The notes: a model not told the origin generated them from the letters alone. A DNA stretch of 63,967 nucleotides, filler included, from an uncultured bacterium (GCA_964543115.1; 10 parts of 10 records of this genome joined end to end with filler, not necessarily neighbours in it), one strand, 5' to 3'; positions 1-9,179 are shown, counted from the first letter of the whole stretch. Numbers and translations: made by a program.

Positions 1-1078
1 TGGTTAGTTTATTATTGTATTTTCCTGTATATAATGCATAGTCGCAATATGTAGTGTTGGTGCGGATCACGATGATGTTTCCCTGTTTGTCATCTTTTAC
101 ATAAACCCAGGCGGCGATGGTGTATTCATCTGGCGCGATTAGATGCCCTGGTGTCGGAGATATTTGCAGGTAGGATTTTTTGCTGGAATCAAAATTTGCT
201 GCCTGGTCCAATCCGGACATGCCGGGGATGGCATTAACGGCGTTAATGTTTTCGAAATGGTTCCAGTTTTGGCTGTCATAGCCTAGATTTAATGCGTTGT
301 TAAAATTTAAATGAAAGAATAATCCTTCTTCGAGAGTGCTCACTTCGCTTCCGCATCCCGAGGTGTTAGTAACCATTAAGTTGTCAGGCAGGTCCACCGG
401 GGCAAAATATGATAATGCAGGTGTATTTTTTGTGAGTAATTCTTCTAACTTTGATTTTGTGATTGTTTCAGTGTCCATTAATAGCAGGCAATTCTCATTG
501 TTACCGCTAAGCGGGATAAGATTGCCGGAAGAAAAATTAAAGCCGAAAAAGGCAGGATTAAAAGTGGTTGCTGGGGTAATGTCAGCAGATGTATAATTGC
601 CCCAGTATGTGCCTAAGATTATTTCAGGAGTGTCATCGCCAGTTGTTTCGATGACGCATGGAGCTGTAATATAGGCAAAATAGCCGGCCCCGATTCCTGT
701 ATCAATTTTAACCGTTCCGTTACTTTCCAGAACTAGTAGTCTGGCTTCTCCTCCGTCAATATAGGAGATTAAGATTTCTTCTGTTGTATCGTTATCTATG
801 TCCGCCGTTACCGGATCAGATATATGTTCAAGATTGATGCCTACCAGAGAATAGGGAAAACCTGTAATATTGTTGCCGTCAAGGTCAAAGGCCTGGACTC
901 TGTAGTTTTCTTTGTCGGTAATAATTATTTGTCCATTGCTGATAACAGGGATGGAAAGATCACTGCTTTCCAGGTTTACTGGTTCCGAAATAACCTCCAG
1001 AGAGATTAAGGCGCTCAGCGCGATCAAAATGGTTGTAGTAAATAATACTCCTGGTTTAAAAATAGCCTTCATTTTCAT
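1..1078 (-). CDS. Secreted protein with FG-GAP-like motifs and a LamG/concanavalin-like domain; runs off the left edge (absent from ORF track)
   Basis: Hand translation from ATG at 1078 (GGAGG RBS 8 nt upstream) is open to position 1: MKMKAIFKPGVLFTTTILIALSALISLEV..., then DIDNDTTEEILI, TTGDDTPEIILG, LFFHLNFNN...AANFDSSKKSYLQI...YTIAAWVYV. Confidence 0.8.
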   Translation of the reverse strand, partial: MKMKAIFKPGVLFTTTILIALSALISLEVISEPVNLESSDLSIPVISNGQIIITDKENYRVQAFDLDGNNITGFPYSLVGINLEHISDPVTADIDNDTTEEILISYIDGGEARLLVLESNGTVKIDTGIGAGYFAYITAPCVIETTGDDTPEIILGTYWGNYTSADITPATTFNPAFFGFNFSSGNLIPLSGNNENCLLLMDTETITKSKLEELLTKNTPALSYFAPVDLPDNLMVTNTSGCGSEVSTLEEGLFFHLNFNNALNLGYDSQNWNHFENINAVNAIPGMSGLDQAANFDSSKKSYLQISPTPGHLIAPDEYTIAAWVYVKDDKQGNIIVIRTNTTYCDYALYTGKYNNKLT

Positions 1079-1129
1079 CTGGGTAGCCTCCTTTTTTTGT
1101 AGATAAAAAAATGTATTTGTTTCTAGAAC

Positions 1130-1144
1130 GCAATTATTATGCCA
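1130..1144 (-). promoter_or_regulatory. sigma54 (-24/-12) promoter for the leftward secreted-protein gene
   Basis: Minus strand reads TGGCATAATAATTGC, matching TGGCAC-N5-TTGC with exact GG/GC spacing, 52 nt upstream of the ATG. Confidence 0.7.
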
Positions 1145-1296
1145 AAAAAGTTCCTGGAGGCAAAAAAGGCTTAATGTTCATGTCTATGCAAGAGAGGGCA
1201 TTACGTGGCAAGACTAAAGAGGTAGTTTTTCATATATATATAATATAAAAATAATATGAGGATTAAGTCATAAATATATGAGTTTTTCATCACATT

Positions 1297-1345
1297 CAGC
1301 AGTCTATACCCATTCCAATAATAGCAGTCCCGCGAAGCGGGGTAG
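1297..1345 (-). repeat. Dispersed GACTGC mini-element, copy A (with CTTCG-loop hairpin)
   Basis: Minus strand CCCGCTTCGCGGGACTGCTATTATTGGAATGGGTATAGACTGC is near-identical to 12491-12539 and 54708-54777. Confidence 0.8.
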
Positions 1346-1430
1346 TTTTTGTTTATTTAGGCGAAAATGCAATTATCCTTAGCTGAAGAATTTGATATAT
1401 GACTGATCTTGATTAACCTGAGATGAAATA

Positions 1431-1450
1431 TTTTCCTATTTTTAGGAAAA
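1431..1450. promoter_or_regulatory. Palindromic site, candidate enhancer-binding-protein site (UAS)
   Basis: TTTTCCTA-TTTT-TAGGAAAA is a perfect 8-bp inverted repeat about 85 bp upstream of the rightward sigma54 promoter. Confidence 0.35.
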
Positions 1451-1534
1451 TTTTATCCTAATTTTGTCAAGGATGGTTGTGGGCATGTTTTCATATGTGT
1501 TTGCAAGCCATTGTTATAGCGTAAAGAATGGTGT

Positions 1535-1549
1535 TGGCATGAGAGTTGC
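1535..1549 (+). promoter_or_regulatory. sigma54 (-24/-12) promoter
   Basis: TGGCATGAGAGTTGC(A) with exact spacing, followed by AGGAGG (1594-1599) and ATG at 1605. Confidence 0.75.
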
Positions 1550-1604
1550 ACTATGTAAAGCTGGAAAAACAAAAATTCTCAGTGGCATTTACTAGGAGGA
1601 AGAG

Positions 1605-1784
1605 ATGATCAAGATGGTTTGTCCGGAATGTTATCAACATAATTATACGTCCAGCCCGCAGGAGAAGAATCAATGCTGCCATTGCAATTGTTCTTTTTCA
1701 ATTGATGATGTTTTGAAGAAGATGGATGGTGTTGCTGGTCAATCAAAAGATTTTGGGGCCTGGATTTCAAATTGCGCTGATTAG
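1605..1784 (+). CDS. 59-aa Cys-rich zinc-ribbon-like protein (below the ORF track cut-off)
   Basis: MIKMVCPECYQHNYTSSPQEKNQCCHCNCSFSIDDVLKKMDGVAGQSKDFGAWISNCAD*; strong RBS, upstream sigma54 promoter, downstream terminator. Confidence 0.75.
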   Translation: MIKMVCPECYQHNYTSSPQEKNQCCHCNCSFSIDDVLKKMDGVAGQSKDFGAWISNCAD

Positions 1785-1848
1785 TGCCGGATTCATATAT
1801 AGTGAATCAGGGGACAGGGGAATTCCAGATATTTCTCTTTTGTATATT

Positions 1849-1888
1849 AAGCCGAATTGTCAGGGTTTGACAATTCGGCTTTTTCTTT
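1849..1888 (+). terminator. Rho-independent terminator
   Basis: AAGCCGAATTGTCA-GGGTT-TGACAATTCGGCTT followed by a T-run. Confidence 0.8.
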
Positions 1889-1907
1889 AACCGGCTAAAT
1901 GAAATAC

Positions 1908-1936
1908 TTGAAAATATACACAGAATACGCTAAAAT
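1908..1936 (+). promoter_or_regulatory. sigma70-type promoter for the VWA gene
   Basis: TTGAAA-N17-TAAAAT. Confidence 0.5.
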
Positions 1937-1971
1937 CCGTAAGTTATTTACCAAATCCAACTAAGGGAGGT

Positions 1972-3603
1972 ATGGATATGAGTAAGGGATTAATGGTGTT
2001 CATTATTGTTGCTGTGTTTTTATTTGTATCTGGTATAGCTTCTGCCCAAAAGGGTATGTATATCGAATATATTTTAGATTCGTCTAATAGCATGAATGAG
2101 CCACTGCCTGGAGGTGAGACAAAGATAGTTGCCGCTAAACGGGTGTTGTGTGGGCTTGTTGACAATCTGGCGGTTGAAGTCCAGGATGTTAATGTTGGGT
2201 TAAGGATCTACGGGGCGAATTTTAAGCCAAGTGATACAAAAAAGATAGCCTGTATGGATTCTATTCTGGTAGTGCCGATCTCTAAGATAAATGCCAGCGT
2301 GATAAAAGAGAAGGTCATGGCGACAAATGCCGCCGGCTATACGCCGATTGCTTATTCTCTGGAATTAGCCAGTAAGGATTTTGTTAAAGGAGAAGGCAAT
2401 TCCAATATGATAGTGCTGGTTAGTGATGGTCAGGAGACATGCGGCGGTGATCCGGTGGCGGTAGCGAAAAAGTTAGCGGAGCAGGGATTCGCCATTAAGA
2501 TTTATACTATTGGGTTCGCGGTTGATGAGGAAACGAGAAAGCAGCTGGAAGGCGTTGCCCAGGCTACCGGCGGTAAATATTTCGATGCCAAAGATGCCGA
2601 CCAGTTACAGAAATCCCTGGAAGAGATTAAGGATCGTTCTTTAGAGGGATATGAAGCCGCCGGGAAAGCGGTAGATCCATCTTTATGGGTTGCGGATGCG
2701 CCGGAAATTGAGCCCGGTGAATATAAGGGCACTCTGGCAATGCATGAACTGAAGTTTTATAAGGTTAAAGTTCAAAAGGGGCAAAAGGTAAAAGCAACCC
2801 TGGTTGTTAAGAAAACACATTTTGATGCTCGAGATTATCTGGGAACACCGGAAATATTCCAAACATTTTATATAGACCTGTTTGATAATAATTTAGCGGA
2901 TGTGGCTTCTGTCGCTAAATTGATTGAAGGTAATCCTGAACAGCCGATAACCTTTAAGGCGGAATGGGCCGCAGATAAATCTGGTTGGGTTTATATCGCT
3001 GTAGCTGCATCCAGAAATCAGGATGCGGGCGGCAAGCCAACTTCCCTGGATCCCCTACCGGCGCCTTCACAATATACATTAAAGGTAAAGGTGAAGGGTG
3101 AGGCAGCCGAAGAAGCGGCGCCTGAGGTTTTTGCCGGGTATACGGCCAAGGAAACAAATGGCGGTGCCGGGTTTGAAAAAGCAGAAACGATAAAGCTTAG
3201 AGAAGCGACCAGGGGTGACATTTATATGAAAGAAACAAAGTTCTTTAAAATGCCCGTGGAAGGGAAAAAGAATTTGAAAGTGGCTGCGGTGGTGCAAAAA
3301 CCCTACTATGTGGCAAGGAATCACCTGAGTATTTATGAGATTAATATGACCTATACCTTGACTGTTTATGATGAAGATTGGGCGGAGATTGCCCATGAAG
3401 ATGTAACACTTGGTTTGAATCCGGCCGCTGCTAGATGTTTGAATGTAGCGCTTAATTCCGGCGATAATGATGAAATATATATATCATTAACGGCAAGTGA
3501 AAATCACGTGAATGGCGATCCGCGAAAACCGCTTGGTGCTGCCGGAAAGGATTATCAGGCGAGGCCGACAAAATTTTCAATTTTAGTAACCAGTGCAAAA
3601 TAG
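1972..3603 (+). CDS. Secreted VWA-domain protein with two duplicated C-terminal beta domains
   Basis: Signal peptide; MIDAS-type LDSSNSM, TPIAYSL and LVSDGQETCGGDP; duplicated segments KFYKVKVQKGQ / KFFKMPVEGKK. RBS spacing favours the ATG at 1978. Confidence 0.85.
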   Translation: MDMSKGLMVFIIVAVFLFVSGIASAQKGMYIEYILDSSNSMNEPLPGGETKIVAAKRVLCGLVDNLAVEVQDVNVGLRIYGANFKPSDTKKIACMDSILVVPISKINASVIKEKVMATNAAGYTPIAYSLELASKDFVKGEGNSNMIVLVSDGQETCGGDPVAVAKKLAEQGFAIKIYTIGFAVDEETRKQLEGVAQATGGKYFDAKDADQLQKSLEEIKDRSLEGYEAAGKAVDPSLWVADAPEIEPGEYKGTLAMHELKFYKVKVQKGQKVKATLVVKKTHFDARDYLGTPEIFQTFYIDLFDNNLADVASVAKLIEGNPEQPITFKAEWAADKSGWVYIAVAASRNQDAGGKPTSLDPLPAPSQYTLKVKVKGEAAEEAAPEVFAGYTAKETNGGAGFEKAETIKLREATRGDIYMKETKFFKMPVEGKKNLKVAAVVQKPYYVARNHLSIYEINMTYTLTVYDEDWAEIAHEDVTLGLNPAAARCLNVALNSGDNDEIYISLTASENHVNGDPRKPLGAAGKDYQARPTKFSILVTSAK

Positions 3604-3642
3604 AGTGATACTGATTGTTTTTTAGTCTTTTAACCGAGGAAA

Positions 3643-5178
3643 GTGGTGATGGCAAATTTACTGACAAGAAAAATCGGTTTTGATAACGAGAAGTATTTAC
3701 AGGAACAGACAAGCGCTATTCTGGAGAGAGTAAATCGGTTTAATGATAAACTGTATTTAGAGTTTGGCGGGAAATTATTGTTTGATTATCATGCCGCCAG
3801 GGTCCTGCCCGGGTTTGATCCAAACGTTAAAATGCGGCTGTTGCAGAATCTTAAAGACAAAGTTGACGTAATTCTCTGTATCTATGCCGGGGATATTGAA
3901 AGAAAAAAGATACGAGCAGATTTTGGTATTACCTATGATACGGATGCCCTTAAAACTATTGATGATTTTAAGGAATGGGGAATTGAAATCACTGCGGTGG
4001 TTATTACCCGCTATGACAATCAACCGTCGGCAAAAGTTTTTAAGAATAAACTGGAACGCCGCGGTGTCAGGGTGTACACGCATAAATTTACAAAAGGTTA
4101 TCCGACGGATATTGACCGGGTAGTAAGTGATGAGGGTTATGGCGCGAATGAGGCGGTAAAGACAACTAAGCCCATTGTAGTTGTTACCGGTCCGGGTCCG
4201 GGCAGCGGAAAACTGGCAACCTGTCTTTGCCATTTATATCATGAGTACAAAAGAGGGATCAAAGCCGGGTTTGCCAAGTTTGAAACCTTTCCGATTTGGA
4301 ATCTGCCGTTAAGGCATAAGGTAAATGTGGCCTATGAAGCGGCCACTGTTGATTTAAAGGATTTTAATATGATCGATCATCATCACCTGGAAGCATATAA
4401 TCAAAAAGTCATTAATTATAACCGTGACGTAGAAGCGTTTCCTCTGCTTAAAAGAATTATTGAAAAGATCACCGGAGAAGAATCGTTTTATAAGTCTCCC
4501 ACGGATATGGGTGTAAACCGCGCGGGGTTTGGTATAGTTGATGATGCTGTTGTCCAGGAAGCCTCTCATCAGGAAATTATCAGGCGGTATTTCAGGTGTG
4601 CCTGTGAATACGCCATGGGTGTTGTTGATAAAGATACCTTAAATCGCTCAGAGCTGATTATGGATAATATTGGAGCTAACGTCCGTGACAGAAAGGTGGT
4701 CGGTCCTGCCAGGCAGGCAGCTGAAAAAGCAAAACAGCAGGGAAAAGGGAATGATGGTATTTATTGCGGGGCGGCAATTGAGCTGGAGGACGGGGCAATT
4801 GTGGATGGTGAAAATTCATCATTGATGCATGCTTCTTCCAGTCTTATTTTAAATGCCACAAAGCATTTGGCCTCCCTTCCGGACAGTATGGATTTATTGC
4901 CGCTGAATATTATCGATTCAATCAGTGTCCTGAAAAAAGAAATCCTAAACGGAAAAATGGTAAGTCTGGATTTGGAAGAGACGCTGATTGCCCTGAGTAT
5001 AAGCGCTATCTCTAATCCCGCGGCGCAGATGGCCGTGCAGAATCTAAAGAAGTTAAAAGGCTGCGAAGTACACCTGACCCATATACCCACACCGGGTGAT
5101 GAAGCTGGATTACGCAAGTTGGGAGTCAACCTGACTTGCGATCCGGAATTCTCGACGAAAAGCCTCTTTATTGCTTAG
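3643..5178 (+). CDS. DUF1846 (UPF0371) family P-loop protein
   Basis: GFDNEKYL...[26 protein letters not shown] and P-loop [12 protein letters not shown]. Confidence 0.9.
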   Translation: MVMANLLTRKIGFDNEKYLQEQTSAILERVNRFNDKLYLEFGGKLLFDYHAARVLPGFDPNVKMRLLQNLKDKVDVILCIYAGDIERKKIRADFGITYDTDALKTIDDFKEWGIEITAVVITRYDNQPSAKVFKNKLERRGVRVYTHKFTKGYPTDIDRVVSDEGYGANEAVKTTKPIVVVTGPGPGSGKLATCLCHLYHEYKRGIKAGFAKFETFPIWNLPLRHKVNVAYEAATVDLKDFNMIDHHHLEAYNQKVINYNRDVEAFPLLKRIIEKITGEESFYKSPTDMGVNRAGFGIVDDAVVQEASHQEIIRRYFRCACEYAMGVVDKDTLNRSELIMDNIGANVRDRKVVGPARQAAEKAKQQGKGNDGIYCGAAIELEDGAIVDGENSSLMHASSSLILNATKHLASLPDSMDLLPLNIIDSISVLKKEILNGKMVSLDLEETLIALSISAISNPAAQMAVQNLKKLKGCEVHLTHIPTPGDEAGLRKLGVNLTCDPEFSTKSLFIA

Positions 5179-5199
5179 TGTAGCAGAATGTTAGAATAA

Positions 5200-6033
5200 A
5201 TGGGATCCCATGTGATGAAGCTATTGATTTATTTTCTTCTCTTAGTTGCTCTTGTAAGTATTGATATATATGCGGCAGAGGGATTAGAGGTTGAGGTGTT
5301 TCAGGTGATCTCTGCTGATCCGGAATCCCTGCAATCCATAGTCAGGCAGTTGTTGACTGAGAATGGAAAAGTTTCATATGACGCGAGAACGAATAGCATA
5401 ATTGTAATTGACACACGAAAGAACATAAATAAAATAGCAGCGGTGATTGAGAAGGTGGATGCAAGGCCGAAACAAGTTAGAATAGAAGTCATTATTACTG
5501 ATCTAGCAGAAAGTTTTGCTCAGCAAATAGGGTTAACAGGCCCACGTGTAAGGCTTCCGGGTGGTGCAGAGGCAATTGTAGGCTTAATCGAAAAGCGAGA
5601 AGATTCAAGTATACGCTCAAAATCTTCAGTGACGACCTTGAGTAATAATCCAGCACGTTTTCAAGTTACATCAGACGTAATGTTAGGTGCCGAACTGATC
5701 GTGTATTCCGGCGAAAGTTTTGTTGTGATTCCAGCAAGAGAGCCTATAGGGAATATATTGGAAGTATTACCCCGGGTAAACAATAATGATACTATTACTC
5801 TATATATCCAGCCAACGCTCACTACTCTTGAACAATGTGCCAATATACCTTTTAAGCGGACCCTTGCTACACAGGTGGTTGTAAATAGCGGAGAAACTAT
5901 CGTTCTAGGCGGCCTGGACACCAGAAAAACCATGCGCAGCCAGACATCTGCTGCCGGTACTCCTGACAGAGGAAGTTCAATTGAAAAGTCAGGAAAAATT
6001 GTAATATTCTTGACAGCCACAATCCTAGAATAA
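5200..6033 (+). CDS. Short secretin-like protein (NolW-like repeat plus secretin domain)
   Basis: Signal peptide; DARTNSIIVID...IEKVDARPKQVRIEVII; LEVLPRVNNNDTITLYI; VVVNSGETIVLGGL. Confidence 0.75.
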   Translation: MGSHVMKLLIYFLLLVALVSIDIYAAEGLEVEVFQVISADPESLQSIVRQLLTENGKVSYDARTNSIIVIDTRKNINKIAAVIEKVDARPKQVRIEVIITDLAESFAQQIGLTGPRVRLPGGAEAIVGLIEKREDSSIRSKSSVTTLSNNPARFQVTSDVMLGAELIVYSGESFVVIPAREPIGNILEVLPRVNNNDTITLYIQPTLTTLEQCANIPFKRTLATQVVVNSGETIVLGGLDTRKTMRSQTSAAGTPDRGSSIEKSGKIVIFLTATILE

Positions 6034-6108
6034 TCTTTACATATCAGACTATTTCTACTAAAATAAATGAAATTAAAATACCGGATACGTTTCACGAGAT
6101 ACGAGATT

Positions 6109-6381
6109 GCCGGAGTGGCAGTCCCATAAAATTCCTATAATGGGCAGTCACTCCGGGTAAAGGTTTTCGATTGTGTAGTAATTTTACTGCCGGAGTGGCA
6201 GTCTATAAATTTCCTATAATGGCAGTCACTCCGGGCAAGGATTTACTAGTTAAGCACAGCTTATACTGCCGGAGTGGCGGAATTGCCCCATAAACCGTGG
6301 GTTGATATAATTTATTTTGTTTAATGCATAAAAATAACAGTACTAATATTTATTACTACAGCAGATAAAACGGTTTATGGG
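6109..6381 (+). repeat. Three tRNA-Leu 5'-end remnants at about 80-bp period
   Basis: GCCGGAGTGGC at 6109, 6189 and 6268. Copies 1-2 are CCGGAGTG...CACTCCGG hairpins enclosing the GACTGC element. Copy 3 continues GGAATTG into a 12-bp inverted repeat (6287-6298 / 6370-6381). Confidence 0.8.
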
Positions 6382-6441
6382 ACTATAGTAAGATTGATGT
6401 TTATCGTTGGTGTAGAAATATGTAGGTGGTGTTGCTTTAAC

Positions 6442-6527
6442 GCCGGAGTGGCGGAATTGGCAGACGCACAGGACTTAAAATCCTGCGGTTGTTTACAACT
6501 GTACCGGTTCGACCCCGGTCTCCGGCA
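6442..6527 (+). tRNA. tRNA-Leu (anticodon TAA), CCA not encoded
   Basis: Acceptor stem GCCGGAG/CTCCGGC plus discriminator A; D-arm TGGCGGAATTGGCAGACGC; anticodon arm CAGGA-CTTAAAA-TCCTG; long variable arm; T-arm CCGG-TTCGACC-CCGG. Confidence 0.97.
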
Positions 6528-6556
6528 TTATTTTGAGAGTAATATTTTTGTCAATA

Positions 6557-6634
6557 CATTGCTTGACGCATCCCGATGAAAATCGGGATGGTTGTTTACA
6601 ACTGTATCCCGATTGGACATCGGGATCTCCGGCA
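6557..6634 (+). pseudogene. Degenerate copy of the 3' two-thirds of tRNA-Leu with arms replaced by ATCCCGAT/ATCGGGAT palindromes
   Basis: Retains GACGCA, GGTTGTTTACAACTGTA and CTCCGGCA in tRNA order; the anticodon and T arms are substituted. Confidence 0.7.
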
Positions 6635-6693
6635 TGTCTTCCAGGAGGATGATGAAAGTTAATTTTTGGACATGGAAGAGTTGTTTGGTTGCC

Positions 6694-6793
6694 NNNNNNN
6701 NNNNNNNNNNNNNNNNNNNNNNNNNNNNNNNNNNNNNTTAATTAATTAANNNNNNNNNNNNNNNNNNNNNNNNNNNNNNNNNNNNNNNNNNNN
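6694..6793. other. Artificial contig linker 1
   Basis: 100 nt: N-run + TTAATTAATTAA (stop codons in all six frames) + N-run. Confidence 0.99.
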
Positions 6794-6808
6794 GTGTCTG
6801 GTCCGGAT

Positions 6809-7813
6809 TCATTTGTTTTCCTGGGCCATGCGCAGGATGATCGCGGAGATCTCCACGATATCGGTTACGCTGCAGCCGCGGGAGAGGTCACTGATTGGTT
6901 TGTTCAGGCCCTGGATCAGGGGGCCGTAGGCCTTGGCTTTGGCCAGGCGTTCGACAAGTTTGTAGGCGATATTGCCGGAATTAAGGTCAGGGAATATAAG
7001 TACGTTGGCTTTGCCGGCAACGCTGCTGTCCGGGGCTTTGCGTTTTCCGATTGCGGGGACCAGGGCGGCGTCGGGTTGTAGTTCTCCGTCAATAACGATA
7101 TCTGGATTGTTTTCTTTAACTATTTTTGCGGCTTCGATCACTTTGTCGGCCAGCCAGTGTTTGGCGCTGCCTTTGGTGGAAAAGGAAAGCATGGCTACCC
7201 GTGGTTGTTCTCCGATCAGTAATTGGAATGTTCTGGCGGTGGAGATGGCAATGTCGGCGAGTTGACGGGGATTGGGGTCGGGAATTACGCCGGAATCGGC
7301 AAAAGCGAGGATGCCGTTTTCTCCGTAATCACAATTAGGTACGATCATGATGAATGAACCGGATACGACTTTGATGCCGGGGGCGGTGCCGATAATGTGA
7401 ATCGCTGCCCGTAATACGTTGGCGGTGGTGTTTATGGCGCCGGCTACCATGGAATCGGCGTCACCTTCCCGGACCATGAACGTTCCGTAGGAGAGGGGGT
7501 TTTCAACTATTTTTATGGCGCTCTGGAATGAGACTTTTTTTCCTTTACGCAGCTGGAAATAACTTTCGGCGTAGGCGGCCTTTTTTTCTGATTTGAGGTG
7601 ATCAATGATCTCTATTCCGTCTAGAGAGGCTGCGCAGGATTTGGCTTTTTCCTGAATCTCTTTTTCGCTGCCCAAAAGGATGACTTTTTTGGCAAAGCCT
7701 TCGCTGACGATCTGGGCGGCGGCTTTCAGGGTGCGTGTGTCTTTAGCTTCCGGGAGGACGAGTGTTTTCGGATCCTGTTTTACCAGGTCTTTAACTTTCT
7801 CTATCAGATTCAT
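6809..7813 (-). CDS. pta: Phosphate acetyltransferase
   Basis: LVLPEAKDTR, ADSMVAGA, VAMLSFSTKGSA, DGELQPDAAL, ANVLIFPDLNSGNIAYK, DLSRGCS. Confidence 0.95.
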   Translation of the reverse strand: MNLIEKVKDLVKQDPKTLVLPEAKDTRTLKAAAQIVSEGFAKKVILLGSEKEIQEKAKSCAASLDGIEIIDHLKSEKKAAYAESYFQLRKGKKVSFQSAIKIVENPLSYGTFMVREGDADSMVAGAINTTANVLRAAIHIIGTAPGIKVVSGSFIMIVPNCDYGENGILAFADSGVIPDPNPRQLADIAISTARTFQLLIGEQPRVAMLSFSTKGSAKHWLADKVIEAAKIVKENNPDIVIDGELQPDAALVPAIGKRKAPDSSVAGKANVLIFPDLNSGNIAYKLVERLAKAKAYGPLIQGLNKPISDLSRGCSVTDIVEISAIILRMAQENK

Positions 7814-9156
7814 TTATTTTCTCCCGGAAAATATTCGGGTAAATGTAATCTGGCCTGGGTCAGCATTTCCTCATTTGAAATGGCGGTGGTGCGTTTCTCC
7901 GCGTATTGTGTCTGTACCCATTGGCCGATTTTGGCGATGCCGGGATGGTGTTTGTCGATTTTCTTTTTCTCGCCCAGCTGCAGGTCGATCCAGAGGGCGA
8001 TTCCGGCTAGGCCGGATTTGTCTGTTATGGCGACGCTCAAGGGGCGGTTGAGGAGTTTGCCGGTATCAAAAATATTGTATACTTCCTCGTTTTTCATGAC
8101 GCCGTCGGCGTGTATTCCGGCCCGGGTGACGTTGAATTGGCGGCCGATAAAGGGGTAGTTGTCGGGGATGTGGTAATTGATTTCTTTTCTGAAATAATCG
8201 GCTATTTCGGTGATTACGCTGGTGTCCACTCCGTTTGCTTCTCCTTTGAGGCTGATGTATTCTATTATTAATCCTTCCAGTGAAGGGTTGCCGGTGCGTT
8301 CGCCTATTCCCAGTAGTGAACCGTTGGCGGCACAGCAGCCGTAAAGCCAGGCGGAAACGGCATTGGCTACTACCAGATGAAAATCGTTATGGCCGTGCCA
8401 TTCGATGCTCTCAGAAGGAAAGCCGCCGTCCTGTATCATTCCCTGGATCAGTTTTGGAATGCTGCGCGGCAGGCTGACGCCGGGAAAAGGGATGCCGTAG
8501 CCCATGGTGTCGCAAAGGCGGATTTTTATCGGGGTTTCGAGTGAACTTTGCTCTCTGAGTTTTCCCAGTTCCTGGGCAAAGGGGATGACAAATCCGTAAA
8601 AGTCCGCCCGGGTTATGTCTTCGAGGTGACAACGTACCCGGATATTGTTGCTCAGCGCTTCCCGGACGATGTCTAGATAGGCGTCCATGGCATGGCGCCT
8701 GGTTTTACCGAGTTTCAGGAAGATATGATAGTCGGAACAGGAGGTGAGGACGCCGGTTTCTTTCAGGCCCATTTGTTTTACCAGCTGGAAATCTTTTTTT
8801 ACTGCCCGGATCCAGCCGGTTACTTCGGGGAACTGATGTCCTTTTTCTAAACATTTAATTACGGCTTCTTTGTCTTTATCGCTGTAAAGGAAGAATTCGG
8901 TTTGACGGATAATGCCGTTAGGGCCGCCGAGGCGGTGCAGCATGCCGTAAAGGTCAACGATCTGTTTGGTTGTATAAGGCGGTCTTGCCTGTTGGCCGTC
9001 CCGGAAGGTGGTGCAGGTGATCCAGAAGTCTTTCGGCAGGTTTAAGGGAACGGTTTTCTTGTCGAAAACTGTTTTGGGGATTCCCGTGTAAGGAAACTGG
9101 TCCCGGAGCAGGTTTGCTTCTGTTATGTCTTGTAAGGGATATTTTTTCATGGTCAC
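7810..9156 (-). CDS. Re-citrate synthase (DRE-TIM, 2-isopropylmalate synthase family)
   Basis: TTFRDGQQARPPY, IIRQTEFFLY, FPEVTGWIRA, RCHLEDITRADFYGFV, EWHGHNDF, TRAGIHADG, as in the clostridial Re-citrate synthase. Confidence 0.85.
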   Translation of the reverse strand: MTMKKYPLQDITEANLLRDQFPYTGIPKTVFDKKTVPLNLPKDFWITCTTFRDGQQARPPYTTKQIVDLYGMLHRLGGPNGIIRQTEFFLYSDKDKEAVIKCLEKGHQFPEVTGWIRAVKKDFQLVKQMGLKETGVLTSCSDYHIFLKLGKTRRHAMDAYLDIVREALSNNIRVRCHLEDITRADFYGFVIPFAQELGKLREQSSLETPIKIRLCDTMGYGIPFPGVSLPRSIPKLIQGMIQDGGFPSESIEWHGHNDFHLVVANAVSAWLYGCCAANGSLLGIGERTGNPSLEGLIIEYISLKGEANGVDTSVITEIADYFRKEINYHIPDNYPFIGRQFNVTRAGIHADGVMKNEEVYNIFDTGKLLNRPLSVAITDKSGLAGIALWIDLQLGEKKKIDKHHPGIAKIGQWVQTQYAEKRTTAISNEEMLTQARLHLPEYFPGENK

Positions 9157-9179
9157 CTCGATTTTTTAAAAGTATATTG

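Noticed and set aside
6109..6300. Possible CRISPR mini-array (about 48-bp palindromic repeat, about 32-bp spacers)
   Set aside because: Only two full units, which are degenerate and start with the tRNA-Leu 5' end; no cas genes or leader. Reported instead as tRNA-derived repeats.
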